Assembly: GCA_963720465.1 (NCBI GenBank)
Contig: OY970393.1
Span: forward strand, 1,536,001-1,600,000
Length of the DNA stretch: 64,000 nucleotides
Reading direction: 5' to 3'
DNA from: Methanobacteriota archaeon
Lineage (GTDB): Archaea > Halobacteriota > Bog-38 > Methanoflorentales > Methanoflorentaceae
This document shows, one piece after another, positions 9,387-18,775 of this stretch (position 1 is the stretch's first letter; every line of letters begins with the position of its first letter). Under the pieces are notes generated by a model, which was given only the letters and a program-made list of their open reading frames with translations, did not search any database and was not told where the DNA came from. Made by a program: the position numbers and the translations under genes.

Positions 9387-9682
9387 TTTTAGACCCTCGG
9401 TTTTGCATATATCAGTAATGATACAACGGCAGCTCTATATTCGCGATATGCCCCTGTTTTTTTGGCGCGGACTATCCGTCACGCGATCATTGAAGTAGGG
9501 CTATCAACGCCCCGACGGCTGGCGGCTAACATCTGTTCAAATTGTGGGAAAGGCGTAACTCAAGAGGACAAGTTCTGTTCCAAATGCGGGAACTCACTTG
9601 TATTAGAAACGTTAGCATCTGAAATCTCCGGGCCATAAAACATATTTTTCTTGATATTCTGATCTTGCCTTTGGGTAACCTT

Positions 9683-10531
9683 TTACGTCGTACCTATCGT
9701 TAGCACTTCCAGCATACAGAAATAGAACTCTTCCAAATCAAGGATATAATTGTCGGAGTTGGGATCAAAGTGTGTTCGCCACTGCTTAAGATCTTCTTCT
9801 GATAAATATGGAGTTCCTATTTTAGCGTGCCATTCTGCATTACCTGCAATATAGCGTTTTGCTTCTGGAATGAGAGGTGAGAGTTTTTGTATGGCATGGC
9901 TTTTAGTAGATACATCTTTTAGGCCTGCCTGTAAAAAAAGCCCATGCAATTTTCGCCCGGTAAAGTTATCAAATGGGGGTTCTAAGGGATTTTCTTTAAG
10001 AGCCTGGGCCGCTGCTGTTAAGATTTTTAAAGACAACTGAGGCTCGATGGGATGGACAATAAAAAGGCCACCATCAAAATCCTTACCGGCAATTCTTCCA
10101 CCGTTCTTAGTTACTCTTTTCATCTCTTCGATAATCTTAAAATAATCTGTGACATAAGCAAAACAGTTGCTGAAAAAGACTAAATCAAAGGTATCATTGT
10201 CAAAGGAGGCATCGTGGAAATCATCTTTTCGAAACTCAATGATGTTACTAAGGGGATCTTTTTCCAGATTTTCCACAGCATAATTTATTAAATCTGGTGA
10301 GAAATCAAGCCCAACAACTCGCCCATTGGGCTTCACCTTCTCTGCTAGTAGGTGTGTCCATAAACCTGGTCCACATCCTAAATCCAGTACTACATCTCCT
10401 GGTTTAAGATTTAACTCATCAACCGTGTTACGCCGTTCCTGCAATTTTGTTTCATGATGGTCGAGAAGCCATTCTACATTGGTTAACTCCAAGCCCTTTT
10501 CACCCTTAAAATATTGATTCGTTCCTAACAT
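9683..10531 (-). CDS. Class I SAM-dependent methyltransferase (UbiE-like)
   Basis: VLDLGCGPG, VVGLDFS, FDLVF; GGAGG ribosome site; AT-richer than its neighbours. Confidence 0.9.
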   Translation of the reverse strand: MLGTNQYFKGEKGLELTNVEWLLDHHETKLQERRNTVDELNLKPGDVVLDLGCGPGLWTHLLAEKVKPNGRVVGLDFSPDLINYAVENLEKDPLSNIIEFRKDDFHDASFDNDTFDLVFFSNCFAYVTDYFKIIEEMKRVTKNGGRIAGKDFDGGLFIVHPIEPQLSLKILTAAAQALKENPLEPPFDNFTGRKLHGLFLQAGLKDVSTKSHAIQKLSPLIPEAKRYIAGNAEWHAKIGTPYLSEEDLKQWRTHFDPNSDNYILDLEEFYFCMLEVLTIGTT

Positions 10532-10709
10532 AAAATATCCTCCTTATTATTTAGACGTGGAACCTATAAAGCACTTCATCAGATGAAGCTGTATTTTTGG
10601 TTGTTAATGGCGCTCGTTTAACAATAAAAGAGGCAACTGTTGATAAAACAGGAGAGGTAAGTCAGGCCAACAAAATGCTCCAAATGATGACAGTGGCAAG
10701 TATTGTAGA

Positions 10710-12062
10710 GTGATTCCTTTGGCAAAATTTCATAAAAAAATCCGAGCTAAGCCAGATGATGTACGTGAAACCGGCGAGAGGGATGAACTTTTGCCTGGAC
10801 AAGAAGACTACGATCTGATTATTGTCGGGGCCGGGCCTTCCGGGCTTTTTTGCGCCATAAACTCCATGCAGAATGGTAAAAAGATAGTGATTATAGAAAG
10901 AAAGGATTCCCCGGGGCATAAGCTCCTGATATCAGGTTTTGGCCGCTGCAATATAACTCACGATGGAGATATTCAGGGCTTTCTTGACCACTATGGAAAT
11001 CATGGCAGGTTCCTGCGCCCGGCTCTTCTCGGCTTCACGAACCGCGATCTCATTTCCTTCTTCAAAGACCTGGGGCTGGGCATGGTCCAAGAGAGGGGAG
11101 GTAAGATATTCCCGGATACTATGCAGGCAAGAGATGTGCTGAATATCTTGACCCTGCAATGCCAGGAATTGGGGGTAGTTATCAAGTGCAGCCAGGCTGT
11201 CACGTCCATAACCCGGAGGGAGGATGGTTTTTTTGTGGGCTGTGTTGGTGGCAGCTATCGCTCCAAGCTGTTGGTGATAGCCACAGGGGGATGCTCCTAT
11301 CCAGCCACGGGATCGAGCGGAGACGGCTACAGGTTTGCCGGCATCCTTGGCCACAGCATATCTGAGATCGGTCCGGCTCTAACCCCAATTTTCATAAAGG
11401 AATATCCTTTCTCTGAGCTGGCCGGTCTCTCGTTTTCGGATATGAAGATCTCGCTCTATCGCCATGCAAAAATCAAAGAACATCGGGGCGATATTCTTTT
11501 CACCCATGATGGACTCTCGGGCCCAGGAATTTTGGACCTATCCAGATATATCAGAGCAGAAGACGTAATTAAGCTCTCTTTTGTACCGGAGGACAGACGA
11601 GAGGCACTGGAGGAATGGCTCGTGGAAAGGGCACGGCGTGATGGTGGAAGGAGCTTACGGTCTGTGCTGGCAAGTCTGCCTAACTTTGTGCCTCCTGGTG
11701 TGCCACTCTCTCCCCGTTTGACAAAGAGGTTGCTGGAGATCTCGGGGATTGCCTCTGACCTGCAAACGGCTCAATTGACCCGAAAGATGCGAAATCGATT
11801 GATTGATAATCTGACAGGTCTACCTCTGGTCGTATCCGATGTTTGTGGCTTTAACCTGGCCATGTGCACCAGAGGTGGAGTGGAAACCGCTGAGGTCGAT
11901 CCCAAAACCACGCAGTCCAGACTGGTCAAAGGACTATATCTGGTGGGCGAGGTTTTGGATGTGGACGGGGATACGGGGGGCTATAATCTGCAAGCGGCAT
12001 TTTCTACGGGAATGCTGGCTGCTAGGAGCATCAAGAGCGATTTTGACAGAATTAGCGGCTAA
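10710..12062 (+). CDS. HI0933/BaiN-family NAD(P)/FAD-dependent oxidoreductase
   Basis: IVGAGPSG, KLLISGFGRCNITH, ATGG-x-SYP-x-TGS-x-GDG, LFTHDGLSGP, GEVLDVDGDTGGYNLQAAFSTG. Start uncertain. Confidence 0.93.
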   Translation: MIPLAKFHKKIRAKPDDVRETGERDELLPGQEDYDLIIVGAGPSGLFCAINSMQNGKKIVIIERKDSPGHKLLISGFGRCNITHDGDIQGFLDHYGNHGRFLRPALLGFTNRDLISFFKDLGLGMVQERGGKIFPDTMQARDVLNILTLQCQELGVVIKCSQAVTSITRREDGFFVGCVGGSYRSKLLVIATGGCSYPATGSSGDGYRFAGILGHSISEIGPALTPIFIKEYPFSELAGLSFSDMKISLYRHAKIKEHRGDILFTHDGLSGPGILDLSRYIRAEDVIKLSFVPEDRREALEEWLVERARRDGGRSLRSVLASLPNFVPPGVPLSPRLTKRLLEISGIASDLQTAQLTRKMRNRLIDNLTGLPLVVSDVCGFNLAMCTRGGVETAEVDPKTTQSRLVKGLYLVGEVLDVDGDTGGYNLQAAFSTGMLAARSIKSDFDRISG

Positions 12063-12115
12063 AAAAGTGTTTTAGGTGGCGTAATACTTTTCTTGTGTAA
12101 TACTAATAATCCGGT

Positions 12116-12673
12116 ATGTCTGGAGAAACAGAAGCAGTAAAAACCGTTGCCGGACTTATGGCGCTGGCAGCACGGACCGCACCGAAAGCCGTAGGACTCG
12201 ATTCAATCACTATTGAGATCGTCACGGGCAAAGACCAGGAGATGATCGCCGAGAAGATGATCCAAATCGCTGCCGAAACCGACATGGACTTTTTTCGGAT
12301 CAACGGTGAACAGGTCAAAGTCAGTGATGCAACGTTCCTCATCGGAGTAAGCGGGGGGAAGCCACTCGGACTGAACTGTGGTGGATGCGGATACGTAAGC
12401 TGCAAGGATATGGAAATAGCCAGTGCAGCGGCAAAGGCCGATAAAACGGATTACAAAGGTCCGAACTGCGTGTTCAAGGTTACTGACCTTGGCATTGCTG
12501 TAGGGTCAGCGGTGAAAACGGCGAGCATCCATAATGTGGACAATCGTGTCATGTATTCCGCCGGCGTTGCCGCAATGAAACTCGGGATGTTCAAAGGATG
12601 CAGTATGGTGTATGGGATTCCCCTGAGAGCCTCCGGGAAAAACATCTACTTTGCTGCTGCGATCGAGCATTAA
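12116..12673 (+). CDS. DUF2148 ferredoxin-domain-containing protein
   Basis: AARTAPKA, LNCGGCGYVSC, DLGIAVGSA, VDNRVMYSAG. Confidence 0.85.
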   Translation: MSGETEAVKTVAGLMALAARTAPKAVGLDSITIEIVTGKDQEMIAEKMIQIAAETDMDFFRINGEQVKVSDATFLIGVSGGKPLGLNCGGCGYVSCKDMEIASAAAKADKTDYKGPNCVFKVTDLGIAVGSAVKTASIHNVDNRVMYSAGVAAMKLGMFKGCSMVYGIPLRASGKNIYFAAAIEH

Positions 12674-13033
12674 ACACGATCTCGCTATGGACTTATTGCG
12701 CTATCCCGATTCCGTAAACTGTACGACGAGGAAAAATAAGGAACGATAGGCTTTTTTAACGGTAATTAGGCCCTTCGTGGTTTCTTCTCCAGAGCTTATC
12801 TCTTCCCGCGTTGAGACTGTATTAAGCTCCTCTGACAAGTTTTGTCCAATCTGTCCCGCAAGGCCTTCTAACCTAGATGTCAGGCAGGTTTAGGCCAAAC
12901 TCTGCTTGGTGGTGAGATCAGGCTTTTTTCTACAGAATGCGCTCGTTTCTAATACATCTAAAAGAGAAGACTTAAGCTACTACACTGCTCTCGTACGCTT
13001 TTGACTCATTTTTTTGTCAAGGGGGAAATGTGC

Positions 13034-13804
13034 ATGGAAAAAAAGTTATTAGTCACTATCATACTTGTTGTGATTGCCTCATTATCGATAGCGGGATGCA
13101 CTACTTCATCGACGCCTGTAAGCCAGACTCCGACGGCAGCGGCAAGCTCGGCGAGCTCACCAACCCCGTCGGTAGGCACGCAAACTCAAGCGACACCCAC
13201 TTCGTCACCCACTTCGGTGCCAACGACGCCACAACTGACAGTGGCGACTCCCGCAGAAATAGCGGCGCTACCGACAACGCCACCCGCGAACTTTCAATCT
13301 TACACCGGCCCATTCGTTGGAAGCATTAAATCGGACGTCTATCACTATCCGTGGTGCTCTGAAGCACAGAAGATTCTGCCGGAGAACCTCGTAATCTTCC
13401 CCACAGTAGCGGACGCCTGCGCAGCAGGCTACCGACCGTGTGAGGTCTGCAAGCCGCCAGCGTGCGGTTCGCCAACGCCAACACCCACACCAACACCCTC
13501 ATCCTCCATACAGGTCATTATCTCCGGTCCGACTACACTACGTGATGGCCAGGGGGCAACGTGGACCGCCACAGTTCTAGTAAATGGCGTGGCACTCCCG
13601 CAATCCCAGCTAACCAACCAAATAGATTGGTTTATTGATGGTCACGCCGCAGGTGGCTCTTGGGGTCCAGGCACACTAACCACAGATGCCAACGGTTCAA
13701 TGACAACGTGGGCTCCAAACGGTGTCCACACTCTCAATGCTGAATACCTTGGGGACCCATCCCTGCCTAACACCTCGATAACAGTAACGGTAGTAGCATC
13801 ATGA
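13034..13804 (+). CDS. Lipoprotein with Ada-type metal-binding domain and C-terminal beta domain
   Basis: Lipobox IAGC; S/T/P linker; FVGSIKSDVYHYPWC...AGYRPCEVCKP. Confidence 0.8.
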   Translation: MEKKLLVTIILVVIASLSIAGCTTSSTPVSQTPTAAASSASSPTPSVGTQTQATPTSSPTSVPTTPQLTVATPAEIAALPTTPPANFQSYTGPFVGSIKSDVYHYPWCSEAQKILPENLVIFPTVADACAAGYRPCEVCKPPACGSPTPTPTPTPSSSIQVIISGPTTLRDGQGATWTATVLVNGVALPQSQLTNQIDWFIDGHAAGGSWGPGTLTTDANGSMTTWAPNGVHTLNAEYLGDPSLPNTSITVTVVAS

Positions 13805-14319
13805 GCATCGAAGACGGCGTACTCAGAGAGCAGCACTAGCGGGAACGTCTGGTATAGCGAGTATAATCTTGGTAACTGGGGTCAATGGTCCTTCTTAGGT
13901 AACCTCCTCTAGTTGAGCAGCCAACTAAACCAAGGCGAAACGTATGATAAGAGTCGGAGCAGTCCGGCTCAACTCTTTTATTTTTGACTATCTGAAGGCC
14001 GGTGCTGCACCAGGATTTAGCCCATTTCAGCGCACCTTGATAGCTAAACGTGTCTGCTTGGGTTCTAGCGCATAAACTCGGCCTAGAAACGGATTGAATC
14101 TTTGCTCGACGGGCCATCTCGCTCTGAGAATTCGACATCGCTCCAATACTTCCTATAGATATCAAAAACCGGCCCAGGCCTTGGACTCTTGTAAAACCTC
14201 CAGTCCACACTTGCTATCCTCTGTTTTCATTTCTTGCCTCTGCCTCTCGCATCACGATTCACTCCTTTTGTTTAACAAAGGGCTTAGGCCCATTCGGATG
14301 CTTACAGCAGAGCTATAGT

Positions 14320-14349
14320 AAAAAAAAGAAGCCAGGTCATCCCTGGCTT
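14320..14349 (-). terminator. Hairpin plus T-tract downstream of the Cys-rich gene
   Basis: Minus strand AAGCCAGG-GATGA-CCTGGCTT followed by C and T8. Confidence 0.55.
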
Positions 14350-14585
14350 AAATCGAATTCGATTTTAGTTTTTGCGACTGCCCTGATTAATGACTGACCT
14401 TATCAGGTCGCTCGTAAATCAACGATCGTCTACGGATCACTGAAATAAGGGCACTCGCCTTTCTCTATTCTCTAATGCTCCCAGTCTTAGCAGCTGCGCC
14501 CATAGCTGAAATCAGCTATAGGTACTCGCCGTCGTTTTTACAGCAGTGCTGTAGCACGACGTGCGGTCATCGCTTGTAGACTTAC

Positions 14586-15155
14586 TCAGCTCTTTGCGAT
14601 TGCCGTTGCGTTGCCCCAGGCCACGGCAGGGCTGGTGTTGATGTCTTTGATGACAACGTTGCTGTTGACAGCAGTGTTGCTCTGGCTGGTTCCGGTTGGG
14701 ATCGCAGCTTGTATACTGTCACCGGTTGCTAGCCCCCTACCGACGGTGTTATTGTCGCCAGTAACTGATTGGGTGTTTGTCTGGATGATCGTCTGCGTGG
14801 ATGCGGATGCTTGGCTTGATCCACTCGCGCTCGCGGCCGCGCCACCCTTGGCAGCGACTGCGGCTGCAGGCGTAACGACTGTCTTAACGGGCATTGGCTT
14901 CCAGACGGGCATCGCCCAGACTGCTTTGACCGCACAGCACTGAGTGACTACGCAGCACGCGACTGTTGGACAGCAGCACGTTGTGGGACAGCAGCTGCTG
15001 CAGCACGTTGATGTCACGCAGCTCGTGCACTGAGCACATACCGTCGCTGCACTAGTGCTTGACGTGACCTTGGCGGCGCACTGGGCTGAAACTGTGCCCG
15101 TCGCTGCTAGTGCCACAAAAGCGAGCACTAACAGAGACACGATAACTTTCTTCAT
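14586..15155 (-). CDS. Secreted Cys-rich hypothetical protein
   Basis: Signal peptide (MKKVIVSLLVLAFVALAATGTVSA), 15 Cys with CC/CCC clusters, Ala-rich linker, T/Q/N-rich tail; GGAG ribosome site. Confidence 0.75.
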   Translation of the reverse strand: MKKVIVSLLVLAFVALAATGTVSAQCAAKVTSSTSAATVCAQCTSCVTSTCCSSCCPTTCCCPTVACCVVTQCCAVKAVWAMPVWKPMPVKTVVTPAAAVAAKGGAAASASGSSQASASTQTIIQTNTQSVTGDNNTVGRGLATGDSIQAAIPTGTSQSNTAVNSNVVIKDINTSPAVAWGNATAIAKS

Positions 15156-15429
15156 GATTCATCTCCTTGTTAGGTAACTACGTTTTATCTAACGTTTTTT
15201 CACTAGAGCAGATTCTTATAAGGCTTTTTCGATTTTGACTCGTTTTTGCAGTCTCGCGGGATTCTGAACCCCCAGAGCACTCGCTCGCTCTTGAAAAAAT
15301 AGCGATCAAGAACTTTAAACGCAAGGGCAATAGGCACTGGAGCATTGGTTTCCACGGGAATCGCCTTCGGCTTGGCAACATCTCCTCATCGCTTCCAGTT
15401 CTCGCCGCAAGCAAGGGATATCGTCGTCG

Positions 15430-15663
15430 TTGTGTTATCCGTTCACACAAAGCGATCGTCTTTTTCCTGGTAATGGTCATAGGGCTATGCTGGTGTTGGG
15501 GCCACTCGCCGTTTATGCCGTGACGCTACGAAATTTCGACCGCATCTTCGATCCCATCATCCGTTTCTTGAAAAAACACGGCAGTCAGCTGATTGCCGCC
15601 GTGTTCTTTGTCATCGGCATCTACCTTGTCGCGCGTGGCGTGACGTCGGCAATGATGTTGTAG
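15430..15663 (+). pseudogene. C-terminal fragment of a membrane protein (GAP/Sap-like by resemblance)
   Basis: ...RFLKKHGSQLIAAVFFVIGIYLVARG; upstream part broken. Confidence 0.4.
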
Positions 15664-15697
15664 AAGATGTCATTTAAGCTTTCGAACTGATGGGGAC

Positions 15698-15990
15698 TCA
15701 ACCTGAAAGTTCGACATCGCCCCAGTATCGCACGTAAATATCGTGGACGTGCTCAGGAAGCGGATGCTTATAGAAACACCAATCCACTCCAGAAACGCCG
15801 TGAGTGAGAATGTAATTCCTGTTACTTTGATCCCACTGCAATATATCGCCCATTTGTTCACAAAATTTCCTAAGATCTCCGTGGACGATACGAGCATCGC
15901 TGTGCAACAGACGGACTTCGTTGTGCCTAAGCCACTGCTGAAAGGACAGTTGCGCAAAAGCAGGTTCATCATCTTGTCACAGTGTAGGGG
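15698..15990 (-). pseudogene. 3'-terminal remnant of a tyrosine integrase (copy C)
   Basis: QDDEPAFAQLSFQQWLRHNEVRLLHSDARIVHGDLRKFCEQMGDILQWDQSNRNYILTHGVSGVDWCFYKHPLPEHVHDIYVRYWGDVELSG* aligns with the intact integrase C-terminus. Confidence 0.92.
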
Positions 15991-16054
15991 CCAGATCGAA
16001 AGACTTAATTCCTTCCCAAATAACGCTCTGCTTTGCAGTCAAAGGTTCATTCAG

Positions 16055-16990
16055 ATGAATATCACAACGCACGCGGTCGTCGCGTTTGTGCTCGGGATCG
16101 TTCTTTTCCGCAACGTTGAGCTTGCCTTGATCATGCTCATGGGTGCCGTGATTCCTGATTTAGATCGAGAGTATTTCTACTTGAAAAGAGACCGCTACAG
16201 GGCGCTTCAGCTTCACCGAGCAGCCCTTCACAACTTTGTGGTTGCTGGGATATTGTGGGTAGCGAATCCTCTCTTGGCTCTCGGCGCCTTGAGCCATTAT
16301 TTTTTGGACATCTTTACGTCGGCTACTGATCGGGGCATTGAGTTCTTGTTTCCTTTTACTAGGGTTGTCGGCACGTGGCTGTATGGCATCGAAGGGGAGA
16401 CCAAAAACGGAGTAAAGATGTTCAAGTACACCGTCAAGGAGAAGAAAACGGGGGAAAAGAAACTACAATGGTGGGTGGAAGACCCGTGGCGTTTGCTATA
16501 TCAGACCAGTGAGGTTGATCTGTTCGAACCAAATCCGCAACCTTGGAGGAGATCCTACGGGCCTTTTAGGAATAGCAAGATTGTCGACTGGGGAATATTC
16601 GTTGGAAGCGTGTTATTTCTACTTTTGCTACTCGTGCCTGCCACATCGCGAACAACATTTTATTCATCACTCGGGCTCGACCTGCTTCACGGGTTTTGGT
16701 TCGGCTTGGCATTCGGAAGTATCGCCTTATTCTTTTGGCTAGGAGAACGTTCCCGGAAACAATCGGCTGAACCGCAGCTTAAGCTCACGAACTGGCCGGT
16801 TGACGCAGCGCTTCTCGTTGCAGTTATCCTCTTTTTCCTAGGGGGACTTTTGGGAGGGGTCTTTTCTGTGCACTTGCCCAGCACCATAGCCACAGATGTG
16901 CTTGGAGCTGGCGTCGGCTCAATAGCTATTGGTCTAATCCTATCTTACGGGTACAGGAAAATGAGAAAGTCTGAAGACCTATCACTATAA
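16055..16990 (+). CDS. Membrane-bound metal-dependent hydrolase (YbcI/YdjM-like)
   Basis: TTH, IPDLD, HR-xx-LH, SHYFLD, GI-x-FLFPF motifs and several TM helices; true start ATG 16055. Confidence 0.85.
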   Translation: MNITTHAVVAFVLGIVLFRNVELALIMLMGAVIPDLDREYFYLKRDRYRALQLHRAALHNFVVAGILWVANPLLALGALSHYFLDIFTSATDRGIEFLFPFTRVVGTWLYGIEGETKNGVKMFKYTVKEKKTGEKKLQWWVEDPWRLLYQTSEVDLFEPNPQPWRRSYGPFRNSKIVDWGIFVGSVLFLLLLLVPATSRTTFYSSLGLDLLHGFWFGLAFGSIALFFWLGERSRKQSAEPQLKLTNWPVDAALLVAVILFFLGGLLGGVFSVHLPSTIATDVLGAGVGSIAIGLILSYGYRKMRKSEDLSL

Positions 16991-17103
16991 AGCGACAAGG
17001 AAACAAAACTCAAGGTTGCCGCCCTGTTTTTAATGCGTTTTCACTCATTTCCTCACTCAGCACCGACTGCCTTCTTCTTCTGAAATGCCTTCGGAGATAC
17101 GCA

Positions 17104-17208
17104 TCAACCCACAAGTTCGACATTCCTCCAGTATCGCATGTACGTGCTGTAAACGTTTTCGAGCAAAGGATGCTTATAGTACTTCCAATCGATGCCGCTC
17201 ACCCCGTT
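17104..17208 (-). pseudogene. 3'-terminal remnant of a tyrosine integrase (copy B)
   Basis: GVSGIDWKYYKHPLLENVYSTYMRYWRNVELVG* versus intact GVSGVEWGHYRNPLPENVYDIYMKYWRDVDFTI*. Confidence 0.88.
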
Positions 17209-17327
17209 CGGCCATAATTGCAGCACAGCTGAAAGACAACGCTTAAGCCAACACGCCGCCTTTTGCCTGTTGATTTCGTTTTTTTTTTTTGTCTGAGAGG
17301 ATTTGTTTGGAAAAAAAGTTCGTAGCT

Positions 17328-18247
17328 ATGAAACAGCATTATGTGCCTCAATTTTATCTTCGGAATTTCTCACCGGATGGAAAAGGGCTATGCTGCTGCA
17401 ATTTAGCGACTAGAAAATCAAAACGTCTAAAGATCAAGAAGCTTTTTGTTGAACGTGATTTCTACGCAGGTAGCTCAACGGCATCGACAATCGAACTTGA
17501 ATTATCTAAATTAGAGGGCAAGGATGCCAAGATCATTCAACAGATTCTAAAGACGCACACTCTTACAAGCAAAACGGGTGAAGACTTGTTCGATCTAAGC
17601 AGGTTAGTTCTTGTCATGGCCTCGCGGACAAAAGCAACAAAAAATAGCCTTGAGAGGAGAGCCTTTCTTTACGATTATTCTATGGAAAAACTCGGCCTTA
17701 GACCAGAAGAGGTGAGAGGTGAGAAACTTAATCCAAAATCACTTAATTTAGGCGCTATGGAATTGGTATTGAATCTGCCAGAGATAATCTCTGGTCTGGC
17801 GAACACACTCTTAATCAATAAAACGAATGATCCGTTTACCCCTTTTATCACGTCTGATTCTCCGGTGATCCGCTATAACTTAATAGCGAGAGATTTAACA
17901 GATAAAGATTTAACAGGTTTTCTAAATAAAGGCCTCATCATCGTTCTTCCGCTTAGCGAAGAGGTTGCCCTCTGTCTATTTGATGGTGAAAGATATAAGC
18001 TAAAAGACGCGATAAATGGCAATATTATCATACCGGATAGCGAAGTGTCCTATCACTTCAGGACGATAGGTTATGGGGCCCGCGTTCCCTGCCTGTTGCT
18101 TTGAAATTACCATTTCTTGAAATTTATAATGACACTTTTCAAGGACTGGAACTGTTCAAGGTCAGAAATGAAGAGGTATTAGCTTCTTTACAGAACACTA
18201 TTGAAGAGGTTAGTAAAAAGCTTTCTAACACGTTCACATACGAGTAA
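17328..18247 (+). pseudogene. DUF4238-domain protein with apparent internal deletion/frameshift near 18045
   Basis: KQHYVPQFYLRNF, FITSDSPV, LPLS. The frame ends at 18104, but a plausible tail (LKLPFLEIY...TFTYE*) continues in another frame to 18247. Confidence 0.75.
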
Positions 18248-18775
18248 CAGGCTGATATTGCGCTATAATCCAGCTGTTGAGAATAACTATTTTCGATAAC
18301 TGCATTATTGAGCAGTGATAGAGATGCGCGCCCTAATGGTGATTCTGAGCAATCGCATAAAGCATTATATATCATTATTAAGCGGGACTAGCATCAGGTT
18401 AGCGGTCTAAGCGAGAGAGTGCCACTACAAAGTCGTGGCCACCGAGGCCGGCGAGTCGAATGAGAGCGAATTGAAAAAGAATAATGGATGATTTTGCGTT
18501 TAGTGTCGCGTTGGGGGGCGGTTCGCACCTTTCTGCAATTGGTCAGTCCCCCCGTCAATCCGTCGGTTAGGCCCCCATAGGCCTTTTTTGCGAACCGCCC
18601 GAAGCTTGCCACCTTAACTGGGTAGCCGTGCAGAAATTTTCACGCGCCTTTAACGTCATGAATGAACATTCCAGAGCTCTTATCCCTTCTCTGCTCGTTT
18701 TGAACACCCTTGCTAGACTCGCTAAGGTGCCTCTTAGAATGACGGAATGCAATAACCTAGCAATATAGATACCAT

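Noticed and set aside
9525-9638. Zinc-ribbon ORF (CSNC...CSKC)
   Set aside because: No start or upstream body; just another gene fragment in the island.
12674-12740. Additional integrase remnant (FRKLYDE)
   Set aside because: Wrong strand, and no alignment to the integrase C-terminus beyond RK.
15743-16054. N-terminal 104-aa extension of the hydrolase ORF
   Set aside because: It is the antisense of integrase remnant C; family motifs begin at ATG 16055.
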